From positions 1 to 62,858 of the IMG/VR virus record IMGVR_UViG_3300031974_002723: DNA of 62,858 nucleotides; one strand, written 5' to 3'. The notes below the pieces were generated by a model that saw only the letters and a program-made list of their open reading frames with translations, ran no database searches and was not told the origin of the DNA. Origin of the DNA: a virus. Its lineage: Duplodnaviria; Caudoviricetes. Shown piece by piece: positions 14,868 to 25,554 of this stretch; position 1 is the stretch's first letter, and each line of letters opens with the position of its first letter. A program made the translations under genes and the position numbers.

Positions 14868-17342
14868 ATGTACGGCAGCAAAGGAAATAAAAGCGTAAAC
14901 TTTCCTGACCCCTTGGCTCCCTCTGAAAAAAAGAAGGGGAAGGCCTATGGTCTTCAGTACGCCAAATCGATAGCTGCTCAGTGGGGCACTGTCGCTCAGG
15001 ACAACTCTCTGATGAAGAAGAGGAGGGTGGTTTTTGACAGGAACAGAAAGTACGCCAACGGAACCCAGGACACCTCGATATACAGGCAGCTTTTGACGAG
15101 CCTGGACCCGTCTAACGGGGACGGAAGCTTCCTGAACCTTGACTTCACTCCTGTCCCCATCCTCCCGAAGTTCGTGAGGATCGTGGTCAACAAGATTCTT
15201 TCTAGCGAACCATATCCGAACCTGGAGGCTGTGGATCCGCTCTCTTCTAGTGAGAAGGATCTGGAGAGAAAGAAAGTGGAGATGGCTGTAGCAAACAAGA
15301 AGAAGCTGCAGGCCATTCAAGAAAAGACAGGGGTGAACATCTCTGAGATGGATGAGATTCCTGACACTCTTGAGGAGGCAGAGATCTTCATCGGGAATAA
15401 CATCAAGTCTTCTTCTGAGATTGCCGCTCAGGTGGCGACCAACATGACCCTGAAGTGGAACGACTTCAGTGATTCTACTTACAGGAGGTGCGTCAATGAC
15501 CTTACCACCTGTGGTATGGCTGTCACCAAGCGCAGCAACGACCCCAACCAAGGGATTAAGGTTGAGTACGTCGATCCAGCGGAGTTCATACACAGCTACA
15601 CCAACGACCCCAACTTCGGGGACATTGTGTATGCTGGTCACGTGAAAATGATTCCGATCCACGAACTCAAGAGGATCGCTGGTGATCAGTTCACAGAAGA
15701 CGAATACAAGGAGATCGCTCAAGCCGCAGCAAAGAAGTATGGATATGATACCTCCAGGTTTGGTCAGTCCAGGTACGACGACTATCTGAAGAGACACAAG
15801 TTTGGGTATGACGAGTATATGGTTGAGGTTCTGGACTTTGAGTTCATTTCCATAGACCCGATATACTTTGAGGAGAAGGAGAGCAAGTACGGCAACGTAG
15901 GGTTCTATAAGAAAGGCGAGAACTACAAGGCTCCGTCCAACTCTGTTTACAAGAGGTCTGTTAGCAGGCTGGATAACTCCACTGTGTACGGCGGCACGTA
16001 CATCATGGGGTGCGACAAGATCTTCAACTACGGCCTGAAGACGAACATCCCGAAGAACATGCACGACCTGACCAGGGCGAACATGTCTTACTCCGTGGTG
16101 GCAACCAACATGGAGGACATGATCCCTAAGTCCATGGTGGATAGCTGCATTGGATTCGCGGACCAGCTTCAGCTTACACACCTGAAGATCCAGCAGGCAA
16201 TCGCAAAAGCAAAACCCGATGGCATCATCATTGATATCGAGGGTTTGGAGAATGTTCAGCTCGGAAAAGGAGGTGAACTCCAGCCGCTCGAACTGCACGA
16301 CATCTATGAGCAAACTGGCGTCTTCTACTACAGGAGTAAGAACCCTGAAGGCGGCTTCCAGAACCCTCCCATCAGGGAGATCAATAACAGTGTACGGAAC
16401 ATCAACGAGTTCATCGCGCTGTACAACCACTACCTGAGAATGATTCGTGATGCTACGGGCATCAACGAGGCTATGGACGGGACCACTCCGAAGGGCGAGC
16501 AGCTTGTTGGGGTTCGTCAGCAAGCCATTGCTGCAGGAAACAACGCTATCTACGACATCACGAACTCCTCCATGGTTTTGTTCAAAAAGGTGTGCTCAGA
16601 CATTGTCAAGTGCCTGCAGATCATCCCAAGGAACAGCATCCTGTTCAGGGCTTATGAAACCGCCATTGGAAAGGAGAACATGAGGATGATCAACACCTTC
16701 TCTAATCTGTCTATGTACAACTTCGGGGTCACCGTAGTTAAAGAGATGGAGGAGGTTGAAAAGCAGTATCTGGAACAAAACATCCAGGTGTCATTGGCTC
16801 AGAAAGAGCTCGACATCGAAGACGCCATCGCGATCAGGCAACTCAAGGACATCAACCAAGCTGAGAGACTGCTTGTGGTTAGGCGCAAGAAGCGCATGGC
16901 CGCAAACCAGCAGATAGCTCAGCAGAATGTTCAAATGCAAGCTCAGGCCCAGGCTCAGTCTGCACAGGCTGCAAGCCAGGCTAAGATGCAAGAGATGCAG
17001 ATGAAGGCTCAGATCGATTCGCAGATGGAGCAGATGAAGGCCCAACTGGAGGCCCAGATGGAGTCTCTCAAGCATGAGCACAGAAAGGAGATCGAAATGA
17101 TCAAGGCTCAGGCTACGCTTGGATTCAAGGAGGACGAGAAGAACTTCAGGGAAAAGCTCGAAGTCTTGAAAGAAGACAGAAAGGACGACAGAGTGAAGAA
17201 GCAGGCCACTGAGCAGAGCAAGCTCATTTCACAGAGGCAAGGCGAGCGCGGCGAACTTGCTGAGCAAGAGGAGGTTACCGAGGATACCGCACCGCAGGAC
17301 ATTATAAATCAGATCATACAAAATGGCACAAGTCAATCTTGA
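14868..17342 (+). CDS. Portal protein
   Basis: 824 aa after terL; DFTPVPILPKFV motif; Gln/Met-rich C-terminal coiled-coil barrel. Confidence 0.85.
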   Translation: MYGSKGNKSVNFPDPLAPSEKKKGKAYGLQYAKSIAAQWGTVAQDNSLMKKRRVVFDRNRKYANGTQDTSIYRQLLTSLDPSNGDGSFLNLDFTPVPILPKFVRIVVNKILSSEPYPNLEAVDPLSSSEKDLERKKVEMAVANKKKLQAIQEKTGVNISEMDEIPDTLEEAEIFIGNNIKSSSEIAAQVATNMTLKWNDFSDSTYRRCVNDLTTCGMAVTKRSNDPNQGIKVEYVDPAEFIHSYTNDPNFGDIVYAGHVKMIPIHELKRIAGDQFTEDEYKEIAQAAAKKYGYDTSRFGQSRYDDYLKRHKFGYDEYMVEVLDFEFISIDPIYFEEKESKYGNVGFYKKGENYKAPSNSVYKRSVSRLDNSTVYGGTYIMGCDKIFNYGLKTNIPKNMHDLTRANMSYSVVATNMEDMIPKSMVDSCIGFADQLQLTHLKIQQAIAKAKPDGIIIDIEGLENVQLGKGGELQPLELHDIYEQTGVFYYRSKNPEGGFQNPPIREINNSVRNINEFIALYNHYLRMIRDATGINEAMDGTTPKGEQLVGVRQQAIAAGNNAIYDITNSSMVLFKKVCSDIVKCLQIIPRNSILFRAYETAIGKENMRMINTFSNLSMYNFGVTVVKEMEEVEKQYLEQNIQVSLAQKELDIEDAIAIRQLKDINQAERLLVVRRKKRMAANQQIAQQNVQMQAQAQAQSAQAASQAKMQEMQMKAQIDSQMEQMKAQLEAQMESLKHEHRKEIEMIKAQATLGFKEDEKNFREKLEVLKEDRKDDRVKKQATEQSKLISQRQGERGELAEQEEVTEDTAPQDIINQIIQNGTSQS

Positions 17343-17712
17343 TACGGCATCTAGGCTCGATATAATCTGCAGAAAAGGAGATTCATTTCAGATCGGAGTT
17401 GACTTCGGTATTGAGATGCCAGACCCTGATGCTGCTGGGGTTACTTACAGGATGGAAGTCAGGGACAGTGATACATCCAGCACAATCAGGTTGGCTGCAT
17501 CTGACTTCACGTTCACGAGGGGTGACGGAGCGTCTGTAACGAATGCGAAAATCACAATAGAGGCCCCAGATAGTGCTATGGACTTCAGCGGTCTGTTTGT
17601 GTATGACTTCCAGATTGAAGACAGCGGAACTCAGATCGGGTCTGAAAATAAAGTAAAGACCTATCTCTACGGAACCTTTAAGGCGGTAGAAGACATAACT
17701 GAGTCTGCATAA
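17323..17712 (+). CDS. Putative virion adaptor (Ig/BppU-like)
   Basis: LDIICRKGDSF...YDFQ..YLYGTF beta-rich pattern. Confidence 0.55.
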   Translation: MAQVNLDTASRLDIICRKGDSFQIGVDFGIEMPDPDAAGVTYRMEVRDSDTSSTIRLAASDFTFTRGDGASVTNAKITIEAPDSAMDFSGLFVYDFQIEDSGTQIGSENKVKTYLYGTFKAVEDITESA

Positions 17713-20006
17713 TGGCTGTTATCGTTGTAAATACAGGGCAGACAGTTACGATAAGCGCACCTACGGTCAATGACATATCCGTAGAGGTGCCCACTGTAAA
17801 CACTGTATCTGCAATCATATACCAGGGCCCAAAGGGAGATCAGGGCCCTGCTGGAGCAGGAAGCAATCTTACTGGAGAAGTAACTTCTGACGAAAGCTCT
17901 GTAGCCACAATATCTGACAATGTCGTAGACGAGGCCAACCTTAAAGTCTCTAATGCTCCGACGAACGGGTATGTACTGAGTGCAAACGACGCTGTTGATG
18001 GTGGCCTTCAATGGGTTGCTGCAACCGACGCGGCTCTTCAGACTGAAGTCGACGCAATTGAAACCTCTCTTGGTCTTGATTCTGACGGCACTCCGCCCGT
18101 AAGCGATGCGGGAGATTTTTTGATTTCTGACGGAACGAATTTCGGGGTTTCGGTTTATTCTCTCCCAACCCTAGACGGTGATGACGGTCAAGTTCTGACG
18201 ACTGATGGTGCTGGAAGCGTTTCTTTTGCGTACCCCAAAACCATTTCTGAAGACGTAAAAAACGTGAGTGGCGGAATCCTGTACAAGGGTACCCCAGTAC
18301 ACGTTACTGGGTCTGTTGGCAATTTGGCCGAAGTCATTGCCGCTGATGCTGCCACCAATTACCCAGCTCATTTTGTTCTTGACCAGGATCTTGCAGACGA
18401 GGGTGAGGGTCAAGGAATCGCTCTTGGATTCATCAACAATGTTGATGTACCAGACGCATCTATATACACTGAGGGACAGACGGTGTACCTTGGAGCTTCT
18501 GGTGGTTGGACCACCGTGAAGCCGACTGGAACAAACGCTATTCAGAACCTTGGTGTCATCATCAAGGTTAATGTTTCTGGCAATAAGATTTCTGGCATCA
18601 TCATGGGCGCTGGAAGGGCGAACGATGTCCCTAACATCCAGAACGGGTACTTCTGGCTTGGAAATGCAAGTGGGGTCGCTACACCAACAGACTTTGATAC
18701 TTCTGTGTCTAGCAATAGCGCTGTAGCCGCCAACACAGCTAAAGTTACCTTCCCTGGATTTGGAACGACAGCTGGAACAGCTCTTGAGGGTAACACAGCG
18801 CTTTTCGATGGCGATTACACGAGCTTGACGAACGTTCCGCTCACGTTTGCCCCGTCTGCTCATACGCACTCTCTAGCAGACATTACGGACTCTGGAACTT
18901 CTGCCGCCTTGGATGTGGCTGCTACTGGAGACGCTGCTGCTGGAGAGGTCGTGAAGGGCGACGACAGTAGGCTTACGGATGCACGTACACCTACTTCGCA
19001 CACACATTCAGCTGGAGATATAACCGACTTCGATACTGAGGTCTCGAACAACACGGACGTAACGGCGAATACAGCAAAGATCTCAAGTAAGATCTCTACC
19101 ACGAGCACAGCCCCAACATCTGCATCTGACTTTACGATAGGCGGGGTGGAGTTTGATATGCTGTTCGATGAGTCTGCGACTGGAACTGCGGCGTATTTGT
19201 ATGGGTTGAACTCTGCATCTACAGCCATATATAGGTGGAGTGGAACAAGAAGCACGATATTGACTTTGGACGTACAGAACTTTGCACTTCAGGATTCTGC
19301 TGGTAGCTCTATAAGCACTGGAACTACGTATGAGATAGGAGCAGATACAAGTCAGTGGAAGTCTGACTGCCAAGGATTCAATGCCACGTACAACAACGTG
19401 TCTGGCGGAACACTGTCTGGGACCAACCAGATATCTGTCTCGAACAGGAGTTCGTCTCAAACCTGGGGCTCTACTGCTCTCACCATTGATACGTCTGACC
19501 TTACTGGTACAGCCCCGAATCAAACGCTCGTTGACTTTAGGGATGGAGCTACAGCAGCGGACTTTGATGTCTACTACCCAACCGACGCTACGTGGGATTC
19601 AGCCGCGAGGAAGTCTCTTGGGTTCTCGTTGACGGCGAATGACGGGAGCACATCGGATACTGCGTCTCTCACGTATTATTTCAAGAACAGGGTGTTTTAC
19701 GGGGCAAGCAGCAATAGCTCACTGACGTCTGCTCAGATCATTGCTCTGGCAAACAGCCCGTTTACTGGGTCTGACTATACGCTTAGCAGCACTTCAATAT
19801 CCACCACTGGAACTCAATACGTTTACTACTGCTACCCAAGCAGATTTTCTGGAACTCCTGCGTTTTGGCTTGGTGGATTCGAGACCACTTTCACTGAGCT
19901 CACTGACGTCAGTGTGACCAACTCCAGCGGATATACGGAGACGTACAAAGTATACCAAAGTCCAAACCAATATACAGACGCAACCTTTACACTTGAAGTA
20001 CTCTAA
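17712..20006 (+). CDS. Tail fibre-like protein
   Basis: Collagen-like GPKGDQGPAG, HTH(S) fibre repeats, Thr/Ser/Gly-rich. Confidence 0.75.
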   Translation: MAVIVVNTGQTVTISAPTVNDISVEVPTVNTVSAIIYQGPKGDQGPAGAGSNLTGEVTSDESSVATISDNVVDEANLKVSNAPTNGYVLSANDAVDGGLQWVAATDAALQTEVDAIETSLGLDSDGTPPVSDAGDFLISDGTNFGVSVYSLPTLDGDDGQVLTTDGAGSVSFAYPKTISEDVKNVSGGILYKGTPVHVTGSVGNLAEVIAADAATNYPAHFVLDQDLADEGEGQGIALGFINNVDVPDASIYTEGQTVYLGASGGWTTVKPTGTNAIQNLGVIIKVNVSGNKISGIIMGAGRANDVPNIQNGYFWLGNASGVATPTDFDTSVSSNSAVAANTAKVTFPGFGTTAGTALEGNTALFDGDYTSLTNVPLTFAPSAHTHSLADITDSGTSAALDVAATGDAAAGEVVKGDDSRLTDARTPTSHTHSAGDITDFDTEVSNNTDVTANTAKISSKISTTSTAPTSASDFTIGGVEFDMLFDESATGTAAYLYGLNSASTAIYRWSGTRSTILTLDVQNFALQDSAGSSISTGTTYEIGADTSQWKSDCQGFNATYNNVSGGTLSGTNQISVSNRSSSQTWGSTALTIDTSDLTGTAPNQTLVDFRDGATAADFDVYYPTDATWDSAARKSLGFSLTANDGSTSDTASLTYYFKNRVFYGASSNSSLTSAQIIALANSPFTGSDYTLSSTSISTTGTQYVYYCYPSRFSGTPAFWLGGFETTFTELTDVSVTNSSGYTETYKVYQSPNQYTDATFTLEVL

Positions 20007-20008
20007 CC

Positions 20009-22633
20009 ATGGCAGTTAAACTAGGAGATATAGTAAGTCAGCTTGGAGCGTTAGACACATACAAGCTTGTAAAGGGTAAGGACGTTGACCTTACTGATGC
20101 TGACGCCATGAGCGCTGACCTGGCTGACGAAGACCTCGTTCTTATTGACGACGGTGCTCTTGGAACCCAGGCCTCCACAAAGAAATCAGCGCTAAGCCGA
20201 TTTTGGACTTACATCGTTGGCAAGCTGTCCGCAGTCACTGACGTTAGCACTTACAGCTGGGTTATAGCCGAGGACAATCTTGTTTCTGACTCTGACACGA
20301 AAGTCCCCACTCAGGGCTCAGTAAAGGCGTATGTAGATGCCCAGGTTTCTGGTAGTGGAAGCATGAGCAGTTTTACTGTATCTGCAACCACGGACACCAC
20401 GCCTACGACCATAACGAATGGAGAGGATCTTTTCTTCGCCGACGGAGACCGAATCAACTGTGAGACTACTGCAGACGGGACCGTAACTATAAGTACCACA
20501 GCTACAACAAATCAGACAGACTCGTACCTGTTGGATAGAGCTAACCATACTGGTACTCAAACGGCTGCTACGATCAGCAACTTCGATACCGAGGTGGCCA
20601 ACAACTCCGCCGTTACCGCAAACACTGCCAAGGTGAGCGCGGATGGTCTGGTGACGACTCACAGCGATGTGACGAGTGCTGGTAGTGGCGCCATCATCAC
20701 ATCGGCGGAGCGCACGAAGCTGAATGGAATAGAGGCTTTGGCAGACGTTACCGACGCCGCAAATGTCACCTCTTCTTTGGTTGCCGCCACAACCATATCA
20801 GCACAGGATAAGACAACTATACAAAGCAACCTAAATGTAGATCCAGCAGGAACTGATAATTCATCCCCTACAAATATCACAATCACTGAAAACGCTTCTA
20901 CGGTGACCGTGGACTCATCAACAGGAAGCAGTGATGACATTCAAGCGGCCACCACAACCCTTGCTGGTGTAATGTCGGCTACCGATAAGACCAAGCTTAA
21001 TGGAATAGAGGCCTCAGCAGACGTTACTGACGCTGACAACGTGGCCGCTGCTGGCGCTGTAATGGAGTCTGACTTCACGTTAAACGGACAGCTTGTGATT
21101 GGTGGTACTAGCGGGACCGCTATTGCTACACTTACACAGGGCTCAAATGTCACGATTACGAATGGTGACGGATCCATTACGATCGCTTCTAGCCACCCTA
21201 CTATTTCCGCTGCTTCTAGCTCAGACAACAGTGGGAGAACATATATTCAAGACATAATTTTGGATAGCAACGGCCACGTAACTGGCATTGCTACAGCTAC
21301 TGAAACTGTCGTCAATACTGATACGACGTACAGTGCGGGTGATGGACTTGATCTGACTGGAACGACGTTCTCTGCTGACCTGAAGGCTAACGGTGGAATC
21401 GTTATTGAGGGGGTTGGTAATGAACTTGCTTTAGACCTTGGAGCCACTTCAATCACTGGAACTCTTTCAGTTGCGGATGGAGGAACCAATGCAACCAGCT
21501 TCGCCGACAAGTCTGTTGTCATCACTCAAGACACTGGTACAGATACCCTGTCTGCTGTTCCGATGACTACAAACGGTCAGCTCCTGATTGGAGGTACTAG
21601 CGGCCCTGCAGCGGCTACTCTAACTCAGGGTTCAAACGTAACGATTACAAACGCTGACGGGTCTATCACGATTGCGTCTAGTCACCCAACCATTTCAGCC
21701 GCCTCCAGCTCTGATAACAGTGGTAGAACCTACATTCAAGACATTATCCTTGATTCAAATGGTCACGTCACTGGATTGACTACAGCTACTGAGACGGTCA
21801 CGAATACGGACACTAAGATCAACGACGTTAGGGACAACGATACCCTTACTACAATTTCTGGTGTATACTCACTGAGGTTCACTGGGGATCTGGTCGCTGC
21901 TACTGGAACAACTGGAATCGCCACTGTTACGGTCGGCGGAAACATAGATAGGCTTGACGACGTAGACGAGACGATCACCCCAGCAGCTGGAGACGTATTG
22001 ATTTACAACGCGACTTCTGGGAAGTACGAAGCTCAAAACCTTACTGCTGGATCTAATGTTTCAATCACCAATGGAGACGGATCCATCACGATTTCAGCCA
22101 CTCAGCTTACGGAGGATCAGGTAGAAGACTACGTCGGCGGATTGATTGTTGGGGGGACGGACATCACCGCAACGTACAACGATACAGCTGGTACTCTGAC
22201 TATAGACGCAGATGACAAAACGAGCTACTACCCGACGACATCTGGTATTAGCTCCAATGGAGACGCATCTGGTGAAATTGTTTACCTCGGAAGCACTGAG
22301 GGACTGACGGCTGGAAATATCTACTATTACAACAGTTCTGGTGTTTGGACCGCCGCAGACGCAGATGCTGTATCAAGCGCAAGCGGCTTCCTTGGTATGG
22401 CTCTTGGAAGTGCATCTGCAACGGATGGGATGCTACTTCGTGGGTTTGGTAAAGTGAACTCAAACCTTGCCACTGTCGGAAGTGTTGTTTATCTGTCTAC
22501 TACTGCTGGAGCGGGGACCGAAACGGCCCCATCTGGTCCTGGAGACGTCGTGAGGGTCCTCGGTTACACTGTGAACGCCACCACGGACATCATGTACTTT
22601 AACCCGTCACCAGACTGGATTGAGCTTAGCTAA
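20009..22633 (+). CDS. Long fibre protein with internal repeats
   Basis: RANHTGTQ, two KLNGIEA.ADVTDA, duplicated 81-aa module, FNPSPDWIEL end. Confidence 0.78.
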   Translation: MAVKLGDIVSQLGALDTYKLVKGKDVDLTDADAMSADLADEDLVLIDDGALGTQASTKKSALSRFWTYIVGKLSAVTDVSTYSWVIAEDNLVSDSDTKVPTQGSVKAYVDAQVSGSGSMSSFTVSATTDTTPTTITNGEDLFFADGDRINCETTADGTVTISTTATTNQTDSYLLDRANHTGTQTAATISNFDTEVANNSAVTANTAKVSADGLVTTHSDVTSAGSGAIITSAERTKLNGIEALADVTDAANVTSSLVAATTISAQDKTTIQSNLNVDPAGTDNSSPTNITITENASTVTVDSSTGSSDDIQAATTTLAGVMSATDKTKLNGIEASADVTDADNVAAAGAVMESDFTLNGQLVIGGTSGTAIATLTQGSNVTITNGDGSITIASSHPTISAASSSDNSGRTYIQDIILDSNGHVTGIATATETVVNTDTTYSAGDGLDLTGTTFSADLKANGGIVIEGVGNELALDLGATSITGTLSVADGGTNATSFADKSVVITQDTGTDTLSAVPMTTNGQLLIGGTSGPAAATLTQGSNVTITNADGSITIASSHPTISAASSSDNSGRTYIQDIILDSNGHVTGLTTATETVTNTDTKINDVRDNDTLTTISGVYSLRFTGDLVAATGTTGIATVTVGGNIDRLDDVDETITPAAGDVLIYNATSGKYEAQNLTAGSNVSITNGDGSITISATQLTEDQVEDYVGGLIVGGTDITATYNDTAGTLTIDADDKTSYYPTTSGISSNGDASGEIVYLGSTEGLTAGNIYYYNSSGVWTAADADAVSSASGFLGMALGSASATDGMLLRGFGKVNSNLATVGSVVYLSTTAGAGTETAPSGPGDVVRVLGYTVNATTDIMYFNPSPDWIELS
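21083..21814 (+). repeat. Duplicated 81-codon module (21083-21325 and 21572-21814)
   Basis: 74 of 81 aa identical by manual comparison; codons heavily diverged. Confidence 0.9.
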
Positions 22634-23445
22634 TGCCTATCAATGAGATAAACGGGGTCGGATGGGCCAGTATAAATGAGATCGATGGAGTTTCAGCAGC
22701 CAACATCGCTGATGTAAGCGGTGTGGATGCCCCATCGTCTGGAGTGATTACGACGAATCTCATTCAGCACTGGGACTTCGGGAACACGAGCTTCTACCCA
22801 GGTAGCGGTACTACAATAACCGATTTGTCTGATCCGACTAAGACTGGATCACTGGTAAACGGAACGGTGGTGACTACATCTGGATCTGCGACATACGCTG
22901 ACTATGACGGTGTAAATGACTACGTAGAGTGCTCCATTGTAAATACGTTTGGTCAAAACCACACCTGCGAGATGTGGGCGAGGTTCCCTAATTTATCTGA
23001 CATTAAACGACTTCTATGGGTTAGAAACTATCAGAGTAACTGTGTTACTACCAATGGAGGATACTCCATGCAGTTTGATGCGGTCAACAAAAAGATATGG
23101 TTTACCGTTATGAATAACCTAAGTATACCTAGATATGAAAGTAGTGCTGTAACAGCTAGTACGAATACATGGTACCACATGGTAGCATCTATTAATGGTA
23201 GTTCGTTGAAGTTTTATTGGAACGGATCTTTGGTGAGCACACATACATCTACGACAAATAGGTTCCCTCCGTGCCAGACGGGTCTTGTATGCAGGACCAG
23301 TGCAGTAACCAGAAATAACGGAACTGTAAACACTTCCTTCTGCACTGAGCACGACATCGCGGAGCTTCGGATATACACTACGAATCTGTCTGCCACTGAT
23401 GTAACGACGAACTTCGACGCAACAAAGAGTAAGTATGGGTACTGA
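22633..23445 (+). CDS. LamG/ConA-like lectin-domain virion protein
   Basis: SFYPGSGTTITDLS, YDGVNDY, TWYHMV..LKFYWNG, IAELRIY..LSA. Confidence 0.8.
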   Translation: MPINEINGVGWASINEIDGVSAANIADVSGVDAPSSGVITTNLIQHWDFGNTSFYPGSGTTITDLSDPTKTGSLVNGTVVTTSGSATYADYDGVNDYVECSIVNTFGQNHTCEMWARFPNLSDIKRLLWVRNYQSNCVTTNGGYSMQFDAVNKKIWFTVMNNLSIPRYESSAVTASTNTWYHMVASINGSSLKFYWNGSLVSTHTSTTNRFPPCQTGLVCRTSAVTRNNGTVNTSFCTEHDIAELRIYTTNLSATDVTTNFDATKSKYGY

Positions 23446-23656
23446 CGATTACTACAAGATCATATTGGTTACTGATCTAAAAAACTACAGCCAGTATGAA
23501 TACTATGAGCTTAGGACTAGCCTCGACGGAAGGGAGGTGATCCTTGAGTTCCCAGACCCAACAGGTATATCAGAAATTCAAACGTTGGCTCAAGTTCACG
23601 CATATATGTATGGCAACAACTCTAATTGGGTGGACTATACTGAAGAGCCAGACTGA
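23435..23656 (+). CDS. Hypothetical protein, possible fibre chaperone
   Basis: 73 aa with LRTSLDG, following the lectin gene. Confidence 0.6.
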   Translation: MGTDDYYKIILVTDLKNYSQYEYYELRTSLDGREVILEFPDPTGISEIQTLAQVHAYMYGNNSNWVDYTEEPD

Positions 23657-23683
23657 ACATTTATTGTTGTTATATTTGTAGTC

Positions 23684-23977
23684 ATGTCTGACAACAGGGT
23701 TAAGAATCTTCTTAAAAAACACAGACTCGCTGGTGTGAACAAGCCTAAAAGGACGCCTTCACATCCGAAGAAGTCTCATATGGTGCTGGCTAAGGTGGGG
23801 GACAAGGTTCGGTTGATCCGCTTCGGTGAGCAGGGTGCCAGTACCGCTGGCAAGCCAAAATCAGGGGAGAGCGACAGGATGAAAAAGAAGAGATCAAGCT
23901 TTAAGGCCAGACACGGTAAAAACATAGCTAAAGGCAAGATGAGCGCAGCATACTGGGCAGACAAAGTAAAGTGGTAA
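23684..23977 (+). CDS. Basic phage protein (NKPKRTPSHPKKSH...YWADKVKW)
   Basis: 97 aa after TATATTTG-N5. Confidence 0.8.
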   Translation: MSDNRVKNLLKKHRLAGVNKPKRTPSHPKKSHMVLAKVGDKVRLIRFGEQGASTAGKPKSGESDRMKKKRSSFKARHGKNIAKGKMSAAYWADKVKW

Positions 23978-23979
23978 TC

Positions 23980-24186
23980 ATGGACGCATTGACACAATTT
24001 GAAATTTTTGCTGTAGCTGGCTCGTTGATCGGGATGTGGCTCAAGTTTCAGAACGACTACACAACCCTAAAAGCTAGGGTTAGGTCTCTTGAGAACGATA
24101 ACGGAGAGCTCAAGCAGAACCTGAAACAGCTTCTTGAAGACATACAGGAGATCAAGCTTCTCCTTGCTAAAAACAAAGTAACATGA
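23980..24186 (+). CDS. Membrane-anchored coiled-coil protein
   Basis: N-terminal hydrophobic helix followed by heptad repeats. Confidence 0.65.
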   Translation: MDALTQFEIFAVAGSLIGMWLKFQNDYTTLKARVRSLENDNGELKQNLKQLLEDIQEIKLLLAKNKVT

Positions 24187-24527
24187 AATATCACGACGAC
24201 GTATCATTTGGTCAGATTGGCTGCGCGTACACTACCGCTTCCAGTGACGCTATCAAGGCCCCAACTGGAAAGGTCTTTGTTGCCATCACCATGGTAGCAG
24301 ACTGCACGTTTGATGCCGCTGGTGGCCTCGTTGCAGAGGACGCCGAGGCCTTCTTCAACACCGAAACTGCAGCCCACGACAAAGCCGATGGTTCTGAAAC
24401 TGAGGACTACGGTAGTGGCGGCCAGGTTGTTGACGCTGTCTCCTTCCCTAAGGGAATGACCATCTACGGAAGGTGGACTGAAGTTGATGTTGACACGGGC
24501 AGCTGCGTAGCTTACATCGGTCACTGA
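24183..24527 (+). CDS. Putative head-spike base / minor capsid protein
   Basis: 114 aa, beta-rich, FPKGMTIYGRWT; close to the MIGLGLG fibre gene. Confidence 0.5.
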   Translation: MKYHDDVSFGQIGCAYTTASSDAIKAPTGKVFVAITMVADCTFDAAGGLVAEDAEAFFNTETAAHDKADGSETEDYGSGGQVVDAVSFPKGMTIYGRWTEVDVDTGSCVAYIGH

Positions 24528-24706
24528 TGAAGGCCGTAAAGGGCAAGGCTAAACTCAAGGTCTCCACCAAGAAAGTTGGTGTTGAGGCCCCTAGTGGATA
24601 TCACTGGATGGAAGAGTCTGGTAGGTACTACTTGATGGCTGGTGACTACAAGGCGCATCCTGGGGCTGTAGAGAAAGCTCAGTTTAAACTTGTAAACCAC
24701 AGCTAA
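24527..24706 (+). CDS. Small protein (MKAVKGK...APSGYHWM)
   Basis: 59-aa ORF translated by hand, coupled at both ends. Confidence 0.7.
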   Translation: MKAVKGKAKLKVSTKKVGVEAPSGYHWMEESGRYYLMAGDYKAHPGAVEKAQFKLVNHS

Positions 24707-25554
24707 TGATCGGACTTGGATTAGGTGTTGATCGGGGATTCGATGGCGGGGCGAATGGCGCTGCTTCTTTGTTGTTGGACGACTACAGTGGGGCTGCAGC
24801 TGCGTACTCTGTTCGCAAGCTGAGTGGCACTTACACGGGTAGCGCGATGAGGATTCGAAGGGACAACGACGACGCGGAGCTCGACATCGGGTTCGACGGC
24901 GATGGCAACCTTGATACCGCTGCTATTGCTACTCACTGCGATGTTAACAACGGGTATGTGAGCAAGTGGTATGATCAGAGCGGCAACAGCAATGACGCAG
25001 CACAAGCTGGATTCGGTAGTCAACCGCAAATCTACAACGGTGCGGCGGTGGTTACTGAGAACGGGAAGCCTGCGGTAAAGTTTAATGATGATGACCTAGT
25101 GATGGTCACCGCTGTTTCCGCTGTCACAATGAGCATTGTAGTAAAAGTTGATGCGAACACAACAAGTAGCAACTCCTACTTGTGGAGTGACACACCGTAC
25201 AACGCAGGCAGTGGTTTTCACGGTGGTGGCGCGTCACCTTCGCGTACGGGTTACGGAGTGCAAATTATAACGCCAACTATAGAAGGCTTTCAGGGCACGA
25301 CAGAAGACTTTGACCAGCATTTGGTGACATACCACGATGGAGCTACGGACACCTTATTTCAGGACGGAAGTAGTTACGCAACTGGTAGCTTATCGAATAC
25401 TCCGAGCGTGCAAAGGTTGGGCTCTCGCGGCAGCTATCAGTTGGCACTTGATGGTAAAATTCAAGAGCTTGTTTTGTGGGACACCTCAACCCAACAAAGC
25501 AACCGAACCGCCATCGAAACCGACCTCAACAACTACTTCTCCATCTACACCTAA
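24706..25554 (+). CDS. Head-fibre-like lectin (ConA/arabinofuranosidase-B-like) protein
   Basis: MIGLGLG N-terminus; AAAYSVRKL..Y.G...WYDQSGN..GKIQELVLW. Confidence 0.7.
   Translation: MIGLGLGVDRGFDGGANGAASLLLDDYSGAAAAYSVRKLSGTYTGSAMRIRRDNDDAELDIGFDGDGNLDTAAIATHCDVNNGYVSKWYDQSGNSNDAAQAGFGSQPQIYNGAAVVTENGKPAVKFNDDDLVMVTAVSAVTMSIVVKVDANTTSSNSYLWSDTPYNAGSGFHGGGASPSRTGYGVQIITPTIEGFQGTTEDFDQHLVTYHDGATDTLFQDGSSYATGSLSNTPSVQRLGSRGSYQLALDGKIQELVLWDTSTQQSNRTAIETDLNNYFSIYT

Noticed and set aside
14793-16523. 576-aa antisense ORF over the portal gene
   Set aside because: Shadow ORF produced by codon bias of the sense gene; no motifs and odd Val/Leu/His composition.
21083-21814. Duplicated segment as a DGR template/variable repeat pair
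   Set aside because: Differences are synonymous rather than adenine-specific, and there is no reverse transcriptase.
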